IMG/VR virus record: IMGVR_UViG_3300023119_000004
Length of the DNA stretch: 64,000 nt
From: a virus
Taxonomy: Duplodnaviria; Caudoviricetes
Direction: 5' to 3' (one strand)
Position 1 is the stretch's first letter. Each line of letters starts with the position of its first letter. Position numbers and translations under genes: made by a program. The notes under the pieces are model-generated. The model searched no databases and had not been told where the DNA came from. It saw only the letters and a list, made by a program, of their open reading frames with translations. Below, one piece after another: positions 28,301 to 38,259 of the stretch.

Positions 28301-31300
28301 CACCAAAGTTAGGTAAGTTTTGTGCACCAAGTTGTGTGTAACTTGCTGTTCCTGTAGCACCACTACCTGCTACTGTAATTCCTGTAATACCGCCTGCACC
28401 ATCAACACTACTAATTGTAATAGTTAAATCGTTAGTAGGACTTGCACCACTTAGTGTGTTACCTAAGAATAAAATACTTTGGTTTGCAGAGTAATCTTGT
28501 CCTGGTGCATTAACAACAGCACTATACGTACCATTAGTAATAGTAATATCAAATGTTGCTAAACTACCTTGAAGTGCAATAACTTCTCCATCTGCTTGTG
28601 ATACATCTTCAATAAGTTTGCTGTTTGATGCTGTACCACTAATTGATGCAGTTAAAATATCACCTCCTGCGCCGATTGTTTGTACTGTGATAGTTGCATC
28701 GTTTGCTGGACTTGCTCCGCCTAAGTCGGTACCTGCTACTGTGAATGTTTCTGTTGCAAGATAACCTGCTCCGCCGGCAGTAATTTGAACACTATAAACT
28801 GTTCCTAAACGTGTTACTGAAAATTCAGCAGTTGTACCACTTGCACCGTTATATGTGTAAGGTACTTGAATATACGATTCACTTTGATCAGCCGCAGTAC
28901 CACTGATAGTAAATGTATTAATTTCACCTGAGGTAACTGCTGTAACTTCAATTTCAGCATCGTTGGTACCGTCTACACCAAATAATGTAGTACCTAAAAT
29001 TTGTAATCTATCACCTACTGCGTAATTTTGTGTTACTGTTCCTGCTGTACCTGTATGTGAAATTGCTGTAATTGTACCAGCACTATCAGCAGTTGTAACA
29101 GTAATAGTAATATCGTTAGCCGGTGTTTGTCCACCAACATTATCACCAGTAATTAAGATTGTATTACCAGCGGCATAGTCTGTACCACCTTGTCCTGATG
29201 AAACTGTAACTGTATATGTTTGGTTAAAGTTCTGAACAATATCAAATGCCGCGCCAGCACCTGTTACGTTAACACCAGAAACAATGTCTGAATAACTTGC
29301 TGAGTTAACCGCAGTACCACTAGCCGAAACAGCAATAATAATTCCGCTACCATCAACTTGATCAATAGTTACTGTACAATCGTTTGTTGATGTTACACCG
29401 CCTAGGTCAGCACCATCTACAACTAGTGTATCGCCTTGTGAATATCCCGAACCGCCGTCAACAACACTTGCACTATAAGTTGAACCTATAAACGAAACGT
29501 TGATTTCTGCGCCAGTACCAATTGAACTTGTTGTATAGTTTGGTGCCGCGTAGTTTGCTTGTGCATCAGGCCCATTACCTGTTGAATTAAATCCTGTAAT
29601 ATCTCCGTTAACTGCACCAACTGATGTAACTTCAATGTCTAAGTCATTGTTTGGACTAGTGCCTCCAAACGTTGTACCTGAAATTCTAATAACGTCACCA
29701 ACAACATATCCTGTTGATGCCGAACTTACTGATTGTGTAACAGTATAATTGTTTGTTGAAAGTGTAACGTCCCAAACTGCACCACTACCTGCACCACCCT
29801 GTGTAATACCTGAAGCAACTGAAGTGTATGTTGGATTTGCTAGTACAGCACTATACGTACCAGAGTCAGCAGTAACATCAAAAATTGCTCCAGCACCTTG
29901 ACCGTTTAAGTTTGTACCTGACTGGTTTTCAAATGTAGCATTACCATCAAATGCTGAACCTGTTGCAGTAAATGTTAAAATCTCTCCACTTGCACCAACA
30001 GTATCAACTGTAATATTGACATCGTTAATGCCTGCAATACCGCCAACCGAGTCACCTAAAATTTGTAGAACGTCTCCTACTGTAAAATCTTGACCTGCTG
30101 TGTTTAGTGTAACAGTATATACACCGGCGGCTCTATCAACATCAAATGCCGCTCCGAAACCTTGTGATTGATAATTTGTACCTGCTATGTTTGTATAAGT
30201 TGTTTGGTTACCAACAATAGCATCTGTTGTGTTACCGTCAAATGCAACATCATTTCCTGTAACAGTGGTAACGTGAATTGCTACACCGTCACCTCTATCA
30301 ATTGCCTGCCCTTGGTTAATACCCGACGGATCAGCAACTTCAATGGTGTTAACTCCTGCATTATAATCGCCAACAACAGTTAGTGTAGTAATAGTACCAC
30401 CTGTACCTTCTACTGATGTTACCTGAGCACCGTCACCTACGCCATCACCGTTAACAACTTGAGCAACTAAGAATGTTAGGTTTGCCGCTCCGCCGTTACC
30501 TAGATCAGCGTCATCAATAGTAATAGTATCACCTACTTGGTTACGTCTACCACCTGTAATAACACTTGATTCAATAACATTACCTGTGCCATCAACTGTA
30601 ATGCTAAATGTACCAACTTCAACATCTTGCACAATGCTATCTGTAGTACCAGTAATAGGACCATATGTGCCTGCTGGACGTAGTGGGTCTGCGGCGCTAA
30701 ATGTGTTAATGCCTGAAATTAATCCTGTTTCATTAATAACCGGAGCGCCAACTTCTGGTATTGCACCGTCAAATGTAATAATCGCACCACCGGCTGGTGC
30801 TGTTAATGGGTTGGTAAATGTACCTGCACTACCCTGTGATAGAATGCTAAAGATCGGAGCACCAATTGCCGCACCTGTATAAAATCCTGCTTCTCTTAAT
30901 TGTGTATAATAAGTTGAAAGTGTTTCACCATTTGTTGCACCAACTTTTGATTTAGCAAAATATGTAAATGTGCTGTTTGTTGGTGTAGTGGAAACAATAA
31001 ATGAACCTTCAGCACGTGAAGCGCCTGCCACTGAATTTTCTAAAGCCTTAATTGTAATAGGTGTACCTGCATCAATACCGTGGGCACCAACCGTTGTTAC
31101 AGTAATTAAACTTTGACCAACGCCGCCTGTGCCAGATGATGCATCAGTTGTAACAGATAATACTTCTTTATCTGTACCTGGAATTTCATAAATTGATGGA
31201 TAACCTCTTTGCATAGCAATCGCTTGCCATTTCGTAGGCTGTAGTCCGTACTCAAAGTCAGCGTCAAGCATAGATACTGAGTTTGACACACGCATACGTT

Positions 31301-33008
31301 CAATAGCATCAGTACCAAAGTCGTATGGTCTAATACGCATTTCACCTTGATCAATGAAGATTTGTAAATCATCAGTGTCAGAATATAAAGGTGTTTTAGT
31401 TTCTACTGGTAATGCTGTTAACCCATTTTCAATAACATCTGTAATAATACCGAACAGTTCAGTAACTCTAGTTCCAACACCTAGTTCAGAAATAGGTAAA
31501 ATAGTGTTTTGTGCAACTCCGTTGTTTTGCTGTGTTTCGTATGCAATACCTTTAAAGATATAATTGTTAATTAAATCTCTTGCAAAGTTTTTGGCCGCAA
31601 TTTCCGGAGTTCTATCACCGTCAATCTGTGGTGTTGTTTGCACCCAATACTTACTAGCATTATATCTTGATTTTTCGTTACCACCGTATTTAATATCGTG
31701 TGTAATGCCTTCAACATTAAGGCCCATATCTCTTTCACACTTGGCAGTATTGTATGTGTATCCATACCACATACTTCCTTCTTCTGCTAGTCCTACATGG
31801 TTGGCAATCCAAGCAACAGTTTCTTTCTTAATAAATTCTAAGTTTGCTTCAAGTAGTGCAACTGCGTTTGGTGAATAAACTCTATTGTCAGTATCTTTAG
31901 TTAGATAAACTGTTGTAATTGTACCTGTTCTTTCTAAGAACTTAGGAAAGTCATCTTCAACACCTTTAGTTAACAATTCAGCATCGTCAACCTGATAACT
32001 TACACTACCACCTAATGTTGGATCACTAAAGTTAAACAACACTTCATTATTAGTTGTATCTGTAATTAATAATAAGTCGTTAGTCGGAATACGTGTTTGC
32101 ATTCTAACTTGAGAAATTTTTGCTCTATCAAGTGCAGGAACATTATCAAGACCGTTTTCGATAACGTCTGTAATAATAAACGTCAAGTCATTTATTCTAT
32201 TTTCAGTTCCAGTTTCGTATGTATTAGCCGCATTGTAATATTGTGTTGTAACAACAGGACTTTGTAAAGTTGGATATGCTGACTGGGGTAATAGATAATT
32301 GTTAATAAGTCGTGCCATAAATTCTTTAGCACTAATTTCAACAGTTCTATCTCCGTCAATCTGCGGAGTACTATTAATCCAATACTTACTGGCCATGTAA
32401 CGTGTTTGTGAATTACCACCATACCGCAAGTCATAAAGCATACCACCTTCGCCGTCAGTACCTTGAAGATTGTATCTTGCATCACGTTCACATTTTTCTT
32501 TTGAATCGTTTGTGTAACCTACAAAGTTATCAATAACACCATTTGCTAATGCACTTACAAACGTGTGTTCGCTAGTATTGGAACTAATACCAACATTCAT
32601 TGTAATTGTAGTTGTTGTTATTGCTGTAATTTTTGCAGGTGTTGAAAAATAAGGATCAGTACCTTCTGTATTAGGAACACCTGATGATCTTGGGTAAGAG
32701 TGAGGTGTTGCATGGTTATCATACCCACAAGTAAATGTTAGAGCATTTTCTAAAAATCTTACATAGTCGCCTACTTCAAATAAGTGGCTACCAATGGTTA
32801 ATGTCATTACCCCTGTACCTGGATTATATACAGCACCTGTTGGTGTATATGATTGTGCGTTTGCAATCTTAGAATCAATCCAAGCATTTATTTCATCAGT
32901 AATAAATTCAACATTGTTTTTAATTAGATCGTATGATGATGGAAAACGATTTCCTGTAATTGGAATACCGTTTTGAAATATATACTGTTCTACCTTTTGT
33001 TTAGCCAT
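25344..33008 (-). CDS. Giant mosaic virion structural protein / long tail fibre (2554 aa)
   Basis: Two KCERD...YGGN helical modules; eight tandem G.Y..GD.I.I.G..LGG...ND repeats (about 28080-30200); Thr/Gly-rich. Confidence 0.7.
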   Translation of the reverse strand: MAKQKVEQYIFQNGIPITGNRFPSSYDLIKNNVEFITDEINAWIDSKIANAQSYTPTGAVYNPGTGVMTLTIGSHLFEVGDYVRFLENALTFTCGYDNHATPHSYPRSSGVPNTEGTDPYFSTPAKITAITTTTITMNVGISSNTSEHTFVSALANGVIDNFVGYTNDSKEKCERDARYNLQGTDGEGGMLYDLRYGGNSQTRYMASKYWINSTPQIDGDRTVEISAKEFMARLINNYLLPQSAYPTLQSPVVTTQYYNAANTYETGTENRINDLTFIITDVIENGLDNVPALDRAKISQVRMQTRIPTNDLLLITDTTNNEVLFNFSDPTLGGSVSYQVDDAELLTKGVEDDFPKFLERTGTITTVYLTKDTDNRVYSPNAVALLEANLEFIKKETVAWIANHVGLAEEGSMWYGYTYNTAKCERDMGLNVEGITHDIKYGGNEKSRYNASKYWVQTTPQIDGDRTPEIAAKNFARDLINNYIFKGIAYETQQNNGVAQNTILPISELGVGTRVTELFGIITDVIENGLTALPVETKTPLYSDTDDLQIFIDQGEMRIRPYDFGTDAIERMRVSNSVSMLDADFEYGLQPTKWQAIAMQRGYPSIYEIPGTDKEVLSVTTDASSGTGGVGQSLITVTTVGAHGIDAGTPITIKALENSVAGASRAEGSFIVSTTPTNSTFTYFAKSKVGATNGETLSTYYTQLREAGFYTGAAIGAPIFSILSQGSAGTFTNPLTAPAGGAIITFDGAIPEVGAPVINETGLISGINTFSAADPLRPAGTYGPITGTTDSIVQDVEVGTFSITVDGTGNVIESSVITGGRRNQVGDTITIDDADLGNGGAANLTFLVAQVVNGDGVGDGAQVTSVEGTGGTITTLTVVGDYNAGVNTIEVADPSGINQGQAIDRGDGVAIHVTTVTGNDVAFDGNTTDAIVGNQTTYTNIAGTNYQSQGFGAAFDVDRAAGVYTVTLNTAGQDFTVGDVLQILGDSVGGIAGINDVNITVDTVGASGEILTFTATGSAFDGNATFENQSGTNLNGQGAGAIFDVTADSGTYSAVLANPTYTSVASGITQGGAGSGAVWDVTLSTNNYTVTQSVSSASTGYVVGDVIRISGTTFGGTSPNNDLDIEVTSVGAVNGDITGFNSTGNGPDAQANYAAPNYTTSSIGTGAEINVSFIGSTYSASVVDGGSGYSQGDTLVVDGADLGGVTSTNDCTVTIDQVDGSGIIIAVSASGTAVNSASYSDIVSGVNVTGAGAAFDIVQNFNQTYTVTVSSGQGGTDYAAGNTILITGDNVGGQTPANDITITVTTADSAGTITAISHTGTAGTVTQNYAVGDRLQILGTTLFGVDGTNDAEIEVTAVTSGEINTFTISGTAADQSESYIQVPYTYNGASGTTAEFSVTRLGTVYSVQITAGGAGYLATETFTVAGTDLGGASPANDATITVQTIGAGGDILTASISGTASNSKLIEDVSQADGEVIALQGSLATFDITITNGTYSAVVNAPGQDYSANQSILFLGNTLSGASPTNDLTITISSVDGAGGITGITVAGSGATGTASYTQLGAQNLPNFGANATFSILRNNGVYASPTIEIDGESYVVGNKIQVLGSLLGGVDGTNDAVISITEVATDGSIVNTTISGTAIQGTTVQTYSTITVSELHTANIVANTTIAFAALATVEVTFNTAHGLVPGDAFITTVGSDDGVNNHTLLEGPFFAQQVPTSLTLRYQCRAPGAIGDVNNITATLYPRPDSFFIHRPYDGGVMLGTGGPQHGAQAIRQSKKYIRYQSGKGIMYTTGALFAPSYDLLEVHADGTSAGSFITVTTDDVDHGLQIGGKIKLIGIETNGYNGEYEVASIVSERVFRVIATTLLGGVNPVLSARSQVSLLNWHGATVRSGTFDDQNGIFQEYDGVNFNAVQRTATLQLAGTVSLGVDSNLVTGTGTRFRDQLKAGDVIVIKGMTHVVSGVTNQTTMTVTPDFRGVTPASGAKLCKVEDKKTKQADFNKDTLDGLGSSGYIMDISKMQMIGIQYSWYGAGFIDWMLRGDDGNFIFYHRMRNSNINTEAYMRTGNMPVRYEVGNYGPSDRLAADITATQTTIPLIDASFFPPTGGTVYIDNEMIRFTGVNGDTLTGCTRSAPMSNYAAGATRTYTAGVAATHTERTGVILISNTISPIISHWGSAFQTDGGFDSDRGYLFSYTSTGNEISGTRNTVFMLRLAPSVSNAITGDLGERELLNRAQLLLEGIEITSDGVDPANNADVVTGGIVVEGILNPQNYPTDPGSVGWTGLTGAAQGGQPSFAQVAPGGGVTWTTGATQTTGTATIQAAMTDTAAALYNRNNTNYHYVSTANWEALGGKVGVGTTVTGLFPQGTTIIEVVNEYWYSRYRFRTSQRNNSFVAAGANYTFSFGGSTSNASKLLFTKASWDALGAIAGTEVDPADTKFPPGTYVASVNIDEFGGTEYYEVGFTQSSSTTINPGDTVSFLFGQPPYAQPGETVFSFIATPGESSLLDLSSLKELTNTTLGGRGTFPNGPDVLAINVYKTGGISTQANIILRWSEAQA

Positions 33009-33014
33009 CTAATA

Positions 33015-34046
33015 TTAAACTCCAAATGCTACAGCCATCGCAACTGCTCTATTATCAACATACTTCTTGTTTGTAATGTTATACGTACTTGCTGGAGAAG
33101 CAACAACAGTACCAGTACTGAATGTTGCATCTGCTGGTTTAGTATTTCCAATTACTGTGTTATTTATTGTTCCGCCACTAGATCGTAAGTCGTCTGTGGA
33201 AACAATTCCCGGTGTAATTGTACCTATATCAACGTTGTCTATTAAGCCAGTTGTGCCTGGATTAATTACAACTATACCACCACTTCCTGATGGTGCTAAA
33301 GTTACTGCCGCGTTTGCTGGACTTAGTGTTACAGCATCTGCCGCAGTCAAAATATTTGCTTCTACATCTAAATTACTTAATGTACCGCCGTTGTCTGGTT
33401 GGATATTTACTGTACCTGAACTACCAGTTGGACTTAGTGTTACAATAGCATTTTCACCTACCGCTGTAACATTACCAACTGACGTAATTCTACTAAAAGT
33501 ACCAATACCAGTAACAGTAGGATCACTAGCATTCATTAATGATAGTGGGGTTTGATCACTATTACCAAACGCTAGTGCGGCCGGAGCATTGTCTGGCACT
33601 TCAAAAGTTACTTTGCCTTCAAACTGTCCTTGTGCTTCACTACCTTCTTTAACAGTTAACCCGTCTAGAGTGGTGTGCTTAACTCCTTGATTATATAAAG
33701 TCCAAATACCGTCGGAAAATGTAAAAATATTAAAACTAAAATTACCTAATGTTTGTCCTGCTTCGTTAACCTCACGTAGTTGTAAGTTAAAAACATACGT
33801 ACTACCACGTGTTAGTTCAATTGTAGGATTAGGCTGTAATTCTGTATCAGAACCTTCTTGAAAATATCCGTCAATAGTAAAAGCGTTTCCTGCCTGTCTT
33901 ACTAAAAAGTCACCAGCAAGATCGACTTCTTCTTCTGTAACAGTATAAGTTACACTTCGTAGGGTTACGTTACCTTCGTCATCAACGCTAAACCCCGGTG
34001 ATTTAAATCCATACTGTGCTTCAAATGCTGATTTTACTACGGTCAT
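33015..34046 (-). CDS. Virion structural protein with ligand-less cupredoxin-like domain and C-terminal AVAMAVAFG motif
   Basis: PTIELTRGSTYVFN...VTFEVPDNAP module; ITNKKYVD fibre motif; TAAATA at 34063-34068. Confidence 0.6.
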   Translation of the reverse strand: MTVVKSAFEAQYGFKSPGFSVDDEGNVTLRSVTYTVTEEEVDLAGDFLVRQAGNAFTIDGYFQEGSDTELQPNPTIELTRGSTYVFNLQLREVNEAGQTLGNFSFNIFTFSDGIWTLYNQGVKHTTLDGLTVKEGSEAQGQFEGKVTFEVPDNAPAALAFGNSDQTPLSLMNASDPTVTGIGTFSRITSVGNVTAVGENAIVTLSPTGSSGTVNIQPDNGGTLSNLDVEANILTAADAVTLSPANAAVTLAPSGSGGIVVINPGTTGLIDNVDIGTITPGIVSTDDLRSSGGTINNTVIGNTKPADATFSTGTVVASPASTYNITNKKYVDNRAVAMAVAFGV

Positions 34047-34075
34047 TTTGGTTCTCCTTTAGTATTTATCTGCAT

Positions 34076-35770
34076 TTAATTCACCACAATTAGTCCGTGC
34101 ATTACGCTATGGAATTGACAGTTATAATGATACTGTCCTGCAACAGCAGGAGTCCACTCAACTGTACCATTTTGTGCACCTTGGTTTGATGCTGTAGGGG
34201 TTGTAACTTGATTACTAGTACCTGTGCTGTTAACAGTTTTAATATAGAACGGATGCCCTGGTGATGCAACATTAAATGTTAATGTATCGCCCACTGAACA
34301 CGTAACTGTCGGATTAGAACCTGTTACTTGCCCGTTTTCATCTGTACCAACTATTGTATATGCACTTGAGTATGTGTTTGATACTGATAATGTATATCCA
34401 GCACCTGGTGTTGTACTTGTATCATTAATCGGAATACTTAAACTTGCTTCGCCGTTGTCTAGTGCAATAGTCATTGTTTCCGATCCTTCAGTTGTATCGT
34501 CTGCTGTAATTGCTACGTTTAATGTTTCATCTGAACCAACAACAAATGCTCCTGTTAAACTTGCTCCGCCAATGTCAGCACTTTCAATTCCTGTAATAGT
34601 CCAAGGTAGAACACTACCAATCGTAACATTAGAAGTTACAAGTGTAAGTGTAATAGTATCGCCTTCATTGGCTGGACTTGCACTAGTTGATATTGAATAA
34701 CTTGGAACAATTGGTGAAAGACTTGTGTCACCAATAGTAACTGTAGCAGTTACTTGCGGATATTGTGATAAACTAATTTGGAATTGTTCTGTTCCTTCAG
34801 TAGTAACATCTTCTGATACAATAAAGGTTCTAACTTCATCTTGACCAACAGTAAATACTCCTGTAAGTGCTACACCATTGATATCTTCTGAAGTAACTCC
34901 TGTAATTTCGTAATCAATTTCTGTACCAGCGTCAATATTTCCTGTTGTTAATGTAATTGTAAATGTGCCACCTTCGTTAACACTTGTTTTATCAGTTGTA
35001 AGTGTAAGGTTAATTGCAGGTGTTGTTGAACTGTCTGCAATTTGAATTGATGTACTTGCTTCATTATTATCCAATGTTAACACAAGAGTTTCTACACCTT
35101 CTGTTGTGTTATCTGCTGTAATTGGGAATGTTATCTCATCGTCATCACCGACAACAAAGTTACCTGTCAAGTTTGCACCGCCAATGTCAGCACTTTGTAC
35201 TCCAGTAATAGTATAAGGAACAATAGATCCTGCAAGTACGTTTGTTGTAATAAGTCTAATCGAAACTTCTTCGCCAACTTCTCCAATTGATGTTGTGCTC
35301 GGAGAAAGTGTATAAGTTGGTGCGTAAACACTTGCCGCTGTACCAAGCAATGTCGGTGTTGGTTCGTTTAGTGTTGCATAGTAGTTTGCACTATAAATGA
35401 TTTTTGCACCTTGAATAGCAGTCGAATCATCTTGTACCCTCGGATATGCAACTAGTTTAAAATATGCATCAGTGACTTCAACTTCTAACTGCATTAGATC
35501 GTCACCTAAGTTTGAACGACCATACACTACAATGTTTGCTTTACTAGTTGTAGCAGTACACAAACACTTAATAATTTCTTTTCTTTCACTGTTTACATCA
35601 CACGCAATGGTATATTCAACACCAAAATATGAACCCACATACCAGCGATCTAGTTCTGTACCTGCTTCTACAAGTGTAAAAGTAGGGCCAGCATAACTTA
35701 GATTTGTGCCGTTTCTAAATTCAATAGTCTGGTTTTGACCGCGTCTAAAATACTTGGTGATATCAAACAT
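34076..35770 (-). CDS. Virion structural protein with Calx-beta/Ig-like repeats and C-terminal cupredoxin-like domain
   Basis: Three repeats (S.NEG..TITL.T.N...G..Y.ITG...DI.G..LTG.F.VG...D.TTEG.E); GHPFY and YNCQFHSVM. Confidence 0.65.
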   Translation of the reverse strand: MFDITKYFRRGQNQTIEFRNGTNLSYAGPTFTLVEAGTELDRWYVGSYFGVEYTIACDVNSERKEIIKCLCTATTSKANIVVYGRSNLGDDLMQLEVEVTDAYFKLVAYPRVQDDSTAIQGAKIIYSANYYATLNEPTPTLLGTAASVYAPTYTLSPSTTSIGEVGEEVSIRLITTNVLAGSIVPYTITGVQSADIGGANLTGNFVVGDDDEITFPITADNTTEGVETLVLTLDNNEASTSIQIADSSTTPAINLTLTTDKTSVNEGGTFTITLTTGNIDAGTEIDYEITGVTSEDINGVALTGVFTVGQDEVRTFIVSEDVTTEGTEQFQISLSQYPQVTATVTIGDTSLSPIVPSYSISTSASPANEGDTITLTLVTSNVTIGSVLPWTITGIESADIGGASLTGAFVVGSDETLNVAITADDTTEGSETMTIALDNGEASLSIPINDTSTTPGAGYTLSVSNTYSSAYTIVGTDENGQVTGSNPTVTCSVGDTLTFNVASPGHPFYIKTVNSTGTSNQVTTPTASNQGAQNGTVEWTPAVAGQYHYNCQFHSVMHGLIVVN

Positions 35771-35817
35771 TATTATCCTCTTTAGTATATTTATCGATAG
35801 TTAACGGCTTTAGGATC

Positions 35818-36450
35818 TTAGTCAATTTGACGCTTTGAGATCGCTAAGTACCACATATCTAAGGGATATTGTTTGCTTTTAAAGTGTGTAATAATTTCTA
35901 AGCCGTTATCATCTATCATATCTTGGAATGTTTTAGGACTAGAACCCCATACATTTTCAGCCAATATGATTAATCCGTCATCAGTTAGATAGTTGTTAAC
36001 ATTATCAAAAAAATCTCTATGTATTGCCCAATCAGTATCCTTGTATTTCCTTGGTTCGTTGTAGTGTTCTACATACGGATCGTGATTAAAATGAGGAGGA
36101 TTTGCAACAATTAGGTCAAATTTCTGCTCTGGAATTTTTTGAAAATTATGACTGTAAATAAACTTTGCTTTTGCTTCAAAACTATTTTCTCTAATAGTTT
36201 TATTGATGCAATAACTGTTGTTTAATTCTACATCACTAAGTGTTAGTTTTTCAGTTTGTAAAGATGCAAGTAATCCAAACCCCCAATAGCCTGGACCACT
36301 ACACCATTCTAGTGTATTTTTAAACTGTCTATTATTGCTAATATGATTAGTCGCGTCAAGAAAGTCATCGACCATTGTGTTTCCACAACCGTCTAATTCG
36401 TCAGTCCAAAAGATAGTTGTGTCGAAATATTTGACTTCCTTATAATCCAT
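35818..36450 (-). CDS. Class I SAM-dependent methyltransferase (MTS/HemK-like)
   Basis: LEWCSGPG motif I, DLIVANPPHF motif IV. Confidence 0.8.
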   Translation of the reverse strand: MDYKEVKYFDTTIFWTDELDGCGNTMVDDFLDATNHISNNRQFKNTLEWCSGPGYWGFGLLASLQTEKLTLSDVELNNSYCINKTIRENSFEAKAKFIYSHNFQKIPEQKFDLIVANPPHFNHDPYVEHYNEPRKYKDTDWAIHRDFFDNVNNYLTDDGLIILAENVWGSSPKTFQDMIDDNGLEIITHFKSKQYPLDMWYLAISKRQID

Positions 36451-36454
36451 TCCA

Positions 36455-38257
36455 TTAGTTCTTTAGTGTAATTAATTTACCGTATTCTGGTAGATACAAG
36501 TATTCGATATCACTGTGTGCTAATGTACGAATTGCATCATCTAATGTTTCTACTAATGGTTCACCGCCTAGATTAAATGAAGTATTAAACACCATAGGAA
36601 TACCGGTTTCTTTTTTCCATTCTTTAATGAATCTATAGTAAAGTGGATTTTGTTTTTCATTTACGGTTTGAATTCTACAAGTTCCGTCTACATGAATAAT
36701 AGCAGGAATTTTCTTTTCAATGCCTGGCTGGCAATTTACAGCATACATCATTGTAGGCGAACTTTTCATACCACGTAAGTCAAACCACTCATGTACATCT
36801 TCTTCTAAGATACTACCTGCAAACGGGCGGAAATATTCTCGACGCTTAACAGTATTAACGTGATCCTTTCCGTTTGGATCGCTTGGATCGTACATAATAG
36901 TTCTATTACCTAATGCTCTTGGACCATTCTCTGAACGTCCTTGATGCATTACAACAATATTTCTATCTTTTAATAGTGCAACAGCATCTTTATCACTTGC
37001 ATCTGTTACAGTTGCATTATATTTTTCGGCAGTATTTTCAATTTCTTCTTGTGAATAAAAATATTCCGGTCCTTCGTATAATGTATCAACTTGTGGATTA
37101 ACTTTATTGCTTTTAGTTAATTTTCTATGCCAGTACATTGCGGCACCCATTGCTGTGCCTGCATCATTTGATACTGGTTCAACATAAATTTCAATGTCTT
37201 GATCTTTTAGTGCATCAAGGTAATGATAGTTAGCAACACAGTTTAATCCGTATCCTCCGGAAATAACAACTTTGTTTTTTCCTGACATTTCAACTGCTTT
37301 TTTAATTAAGCGTACAACTTGTTCTTGTGTTTGTGTTTGAATAGCATACGCCATGTCTCTTCTATTTTTTAATTTAGTAACATCGTCATCTGAGTGATCA
37401 GTTAAAAACGGAAACATATTGTAATTAACGTGAGCACCGTTAGGATATGTTGGTACAATTAATTCTCTATCGGAAATAGGATGTAGTGTGTCCTCTCTAA
37501 AAATTTTAGGACACTCTACATTGGGCCCACCATATGGGAATAACCCCATAGTTTTTCCTGCTTCAATAAAACTAAAACCACAGTACTCAGTTACTGCTTC
37601 GTATGCTTTAACAATACCTGCATTTTCAGTTAGGAAAAGTTCGTGTGTATTTTCTTTAGGTTCGTCATACATTTCGCTAGTAAATTCTGGCATCCAAGAA
37701 CCTGTTAAAGGTCCATTTGTTCCTAGGTGTTTGTATAATGTTTTAAAGTTATCTGGATAGTTACAATCAAAAATACTTTCAGTTTCCCAAACAGTTGTTT
37801 GTTGATTGCCAATGTTTAAATCAATAAATGTTCCTGCACCGTCAACAATAACACCAACTGCTTCGTCAAACCCTGAGCGATAAAAAGCACAAGCCGCGTG
37901 TAACTTGTGATGAATATGACTTAGGTCGATAACTTGTGGGTGCGGATTTCCATTAAACGGCTGTCTTTTAATTAAACCTAGTTTACGTGCAAGACCAGTA
38001 TAAACATCGTCTCCGCTAAAATCAATTTTACCCGCTGTATATTGTAAATTTTGTGTATGTGCTACAATAAGAAAATCTAATTCATCTGTGTACTCAAGAA
38101 TTTTCAACATTGTGGCAAATGGGCCGCCATCGTATTTGTGTCTTGTTAGACGCTCTTCTTCAAGTGCAAATACTACTTCACCGTCCTTTAGTAGACAAAC
38201 ACCTCCGTTATGTCCTCTAGCAATACCTGCAATCCAAACCGGTTTTTTATCCGCCAT
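36455..38257 (-). CDS. O-carbamoyltransferase (NodU/CmcH/TobZ family)
   Basis: EEERLTRHK, HHKLHAACAF, VDGAG, GKTMGL, SGGYGLNCVAN, GPRALGNR, KRREYFRPFA, HVDGTCRIQTV, NTSFN. Confidence 0.92.
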   Translation of the reverse strand: MADKKPVWIAGIARGHNGGVCLLKDGEVVFALEEERLTRHKYDGGPFATMLKILEYTDELDFLIVAHTQNLQYTAGKIDFSGDDVYTGLARKLGLIKRQPFNGNPHPQVIDLSHIHHKLHAACAFYRSGFDEAVGVIVDGAGTFIDLNIGNQQTTVWETESIFDCNYPDNFKTLYKHLGTNGPLTGSWMPEFTSEMYDEPKENTHELFLTENAGIVKAYEAVTEYCGFSFIEAGKTMGLFPYGGPNVECPKIFREDTLHPISDRELIVPTYPNGAHVNYNMFPFLTDHSDDDVTKLKNRRDMAYAIQTQTQEQVVRLIKKAVEMSGKNKVVISGGYGLNCVANYHYLDALKDQDIEIYVEPVSNDAGTAMGAAMYWHRKLTKSNKVNPQVDTLYEGPEYFYSQEEIENTAEKYNATVTDASDKDAVALLKDRNIVVMHQGRSENGPRALGNRTIMYDPSDPNGKDHVNTVKRREYFRPFAGSILEEDVHEWFDLRGMKSSPTMMYAVNCQPGIEKKIPAIIHVDGTCRIQTVNEKQNPLYYRFIKEWKKETGIPMVFNTSFNLGGEPLVETLDDAIRTLAHSDIEYLYLPEYGKLITLKN

Positions 38258-38259
38258 AT

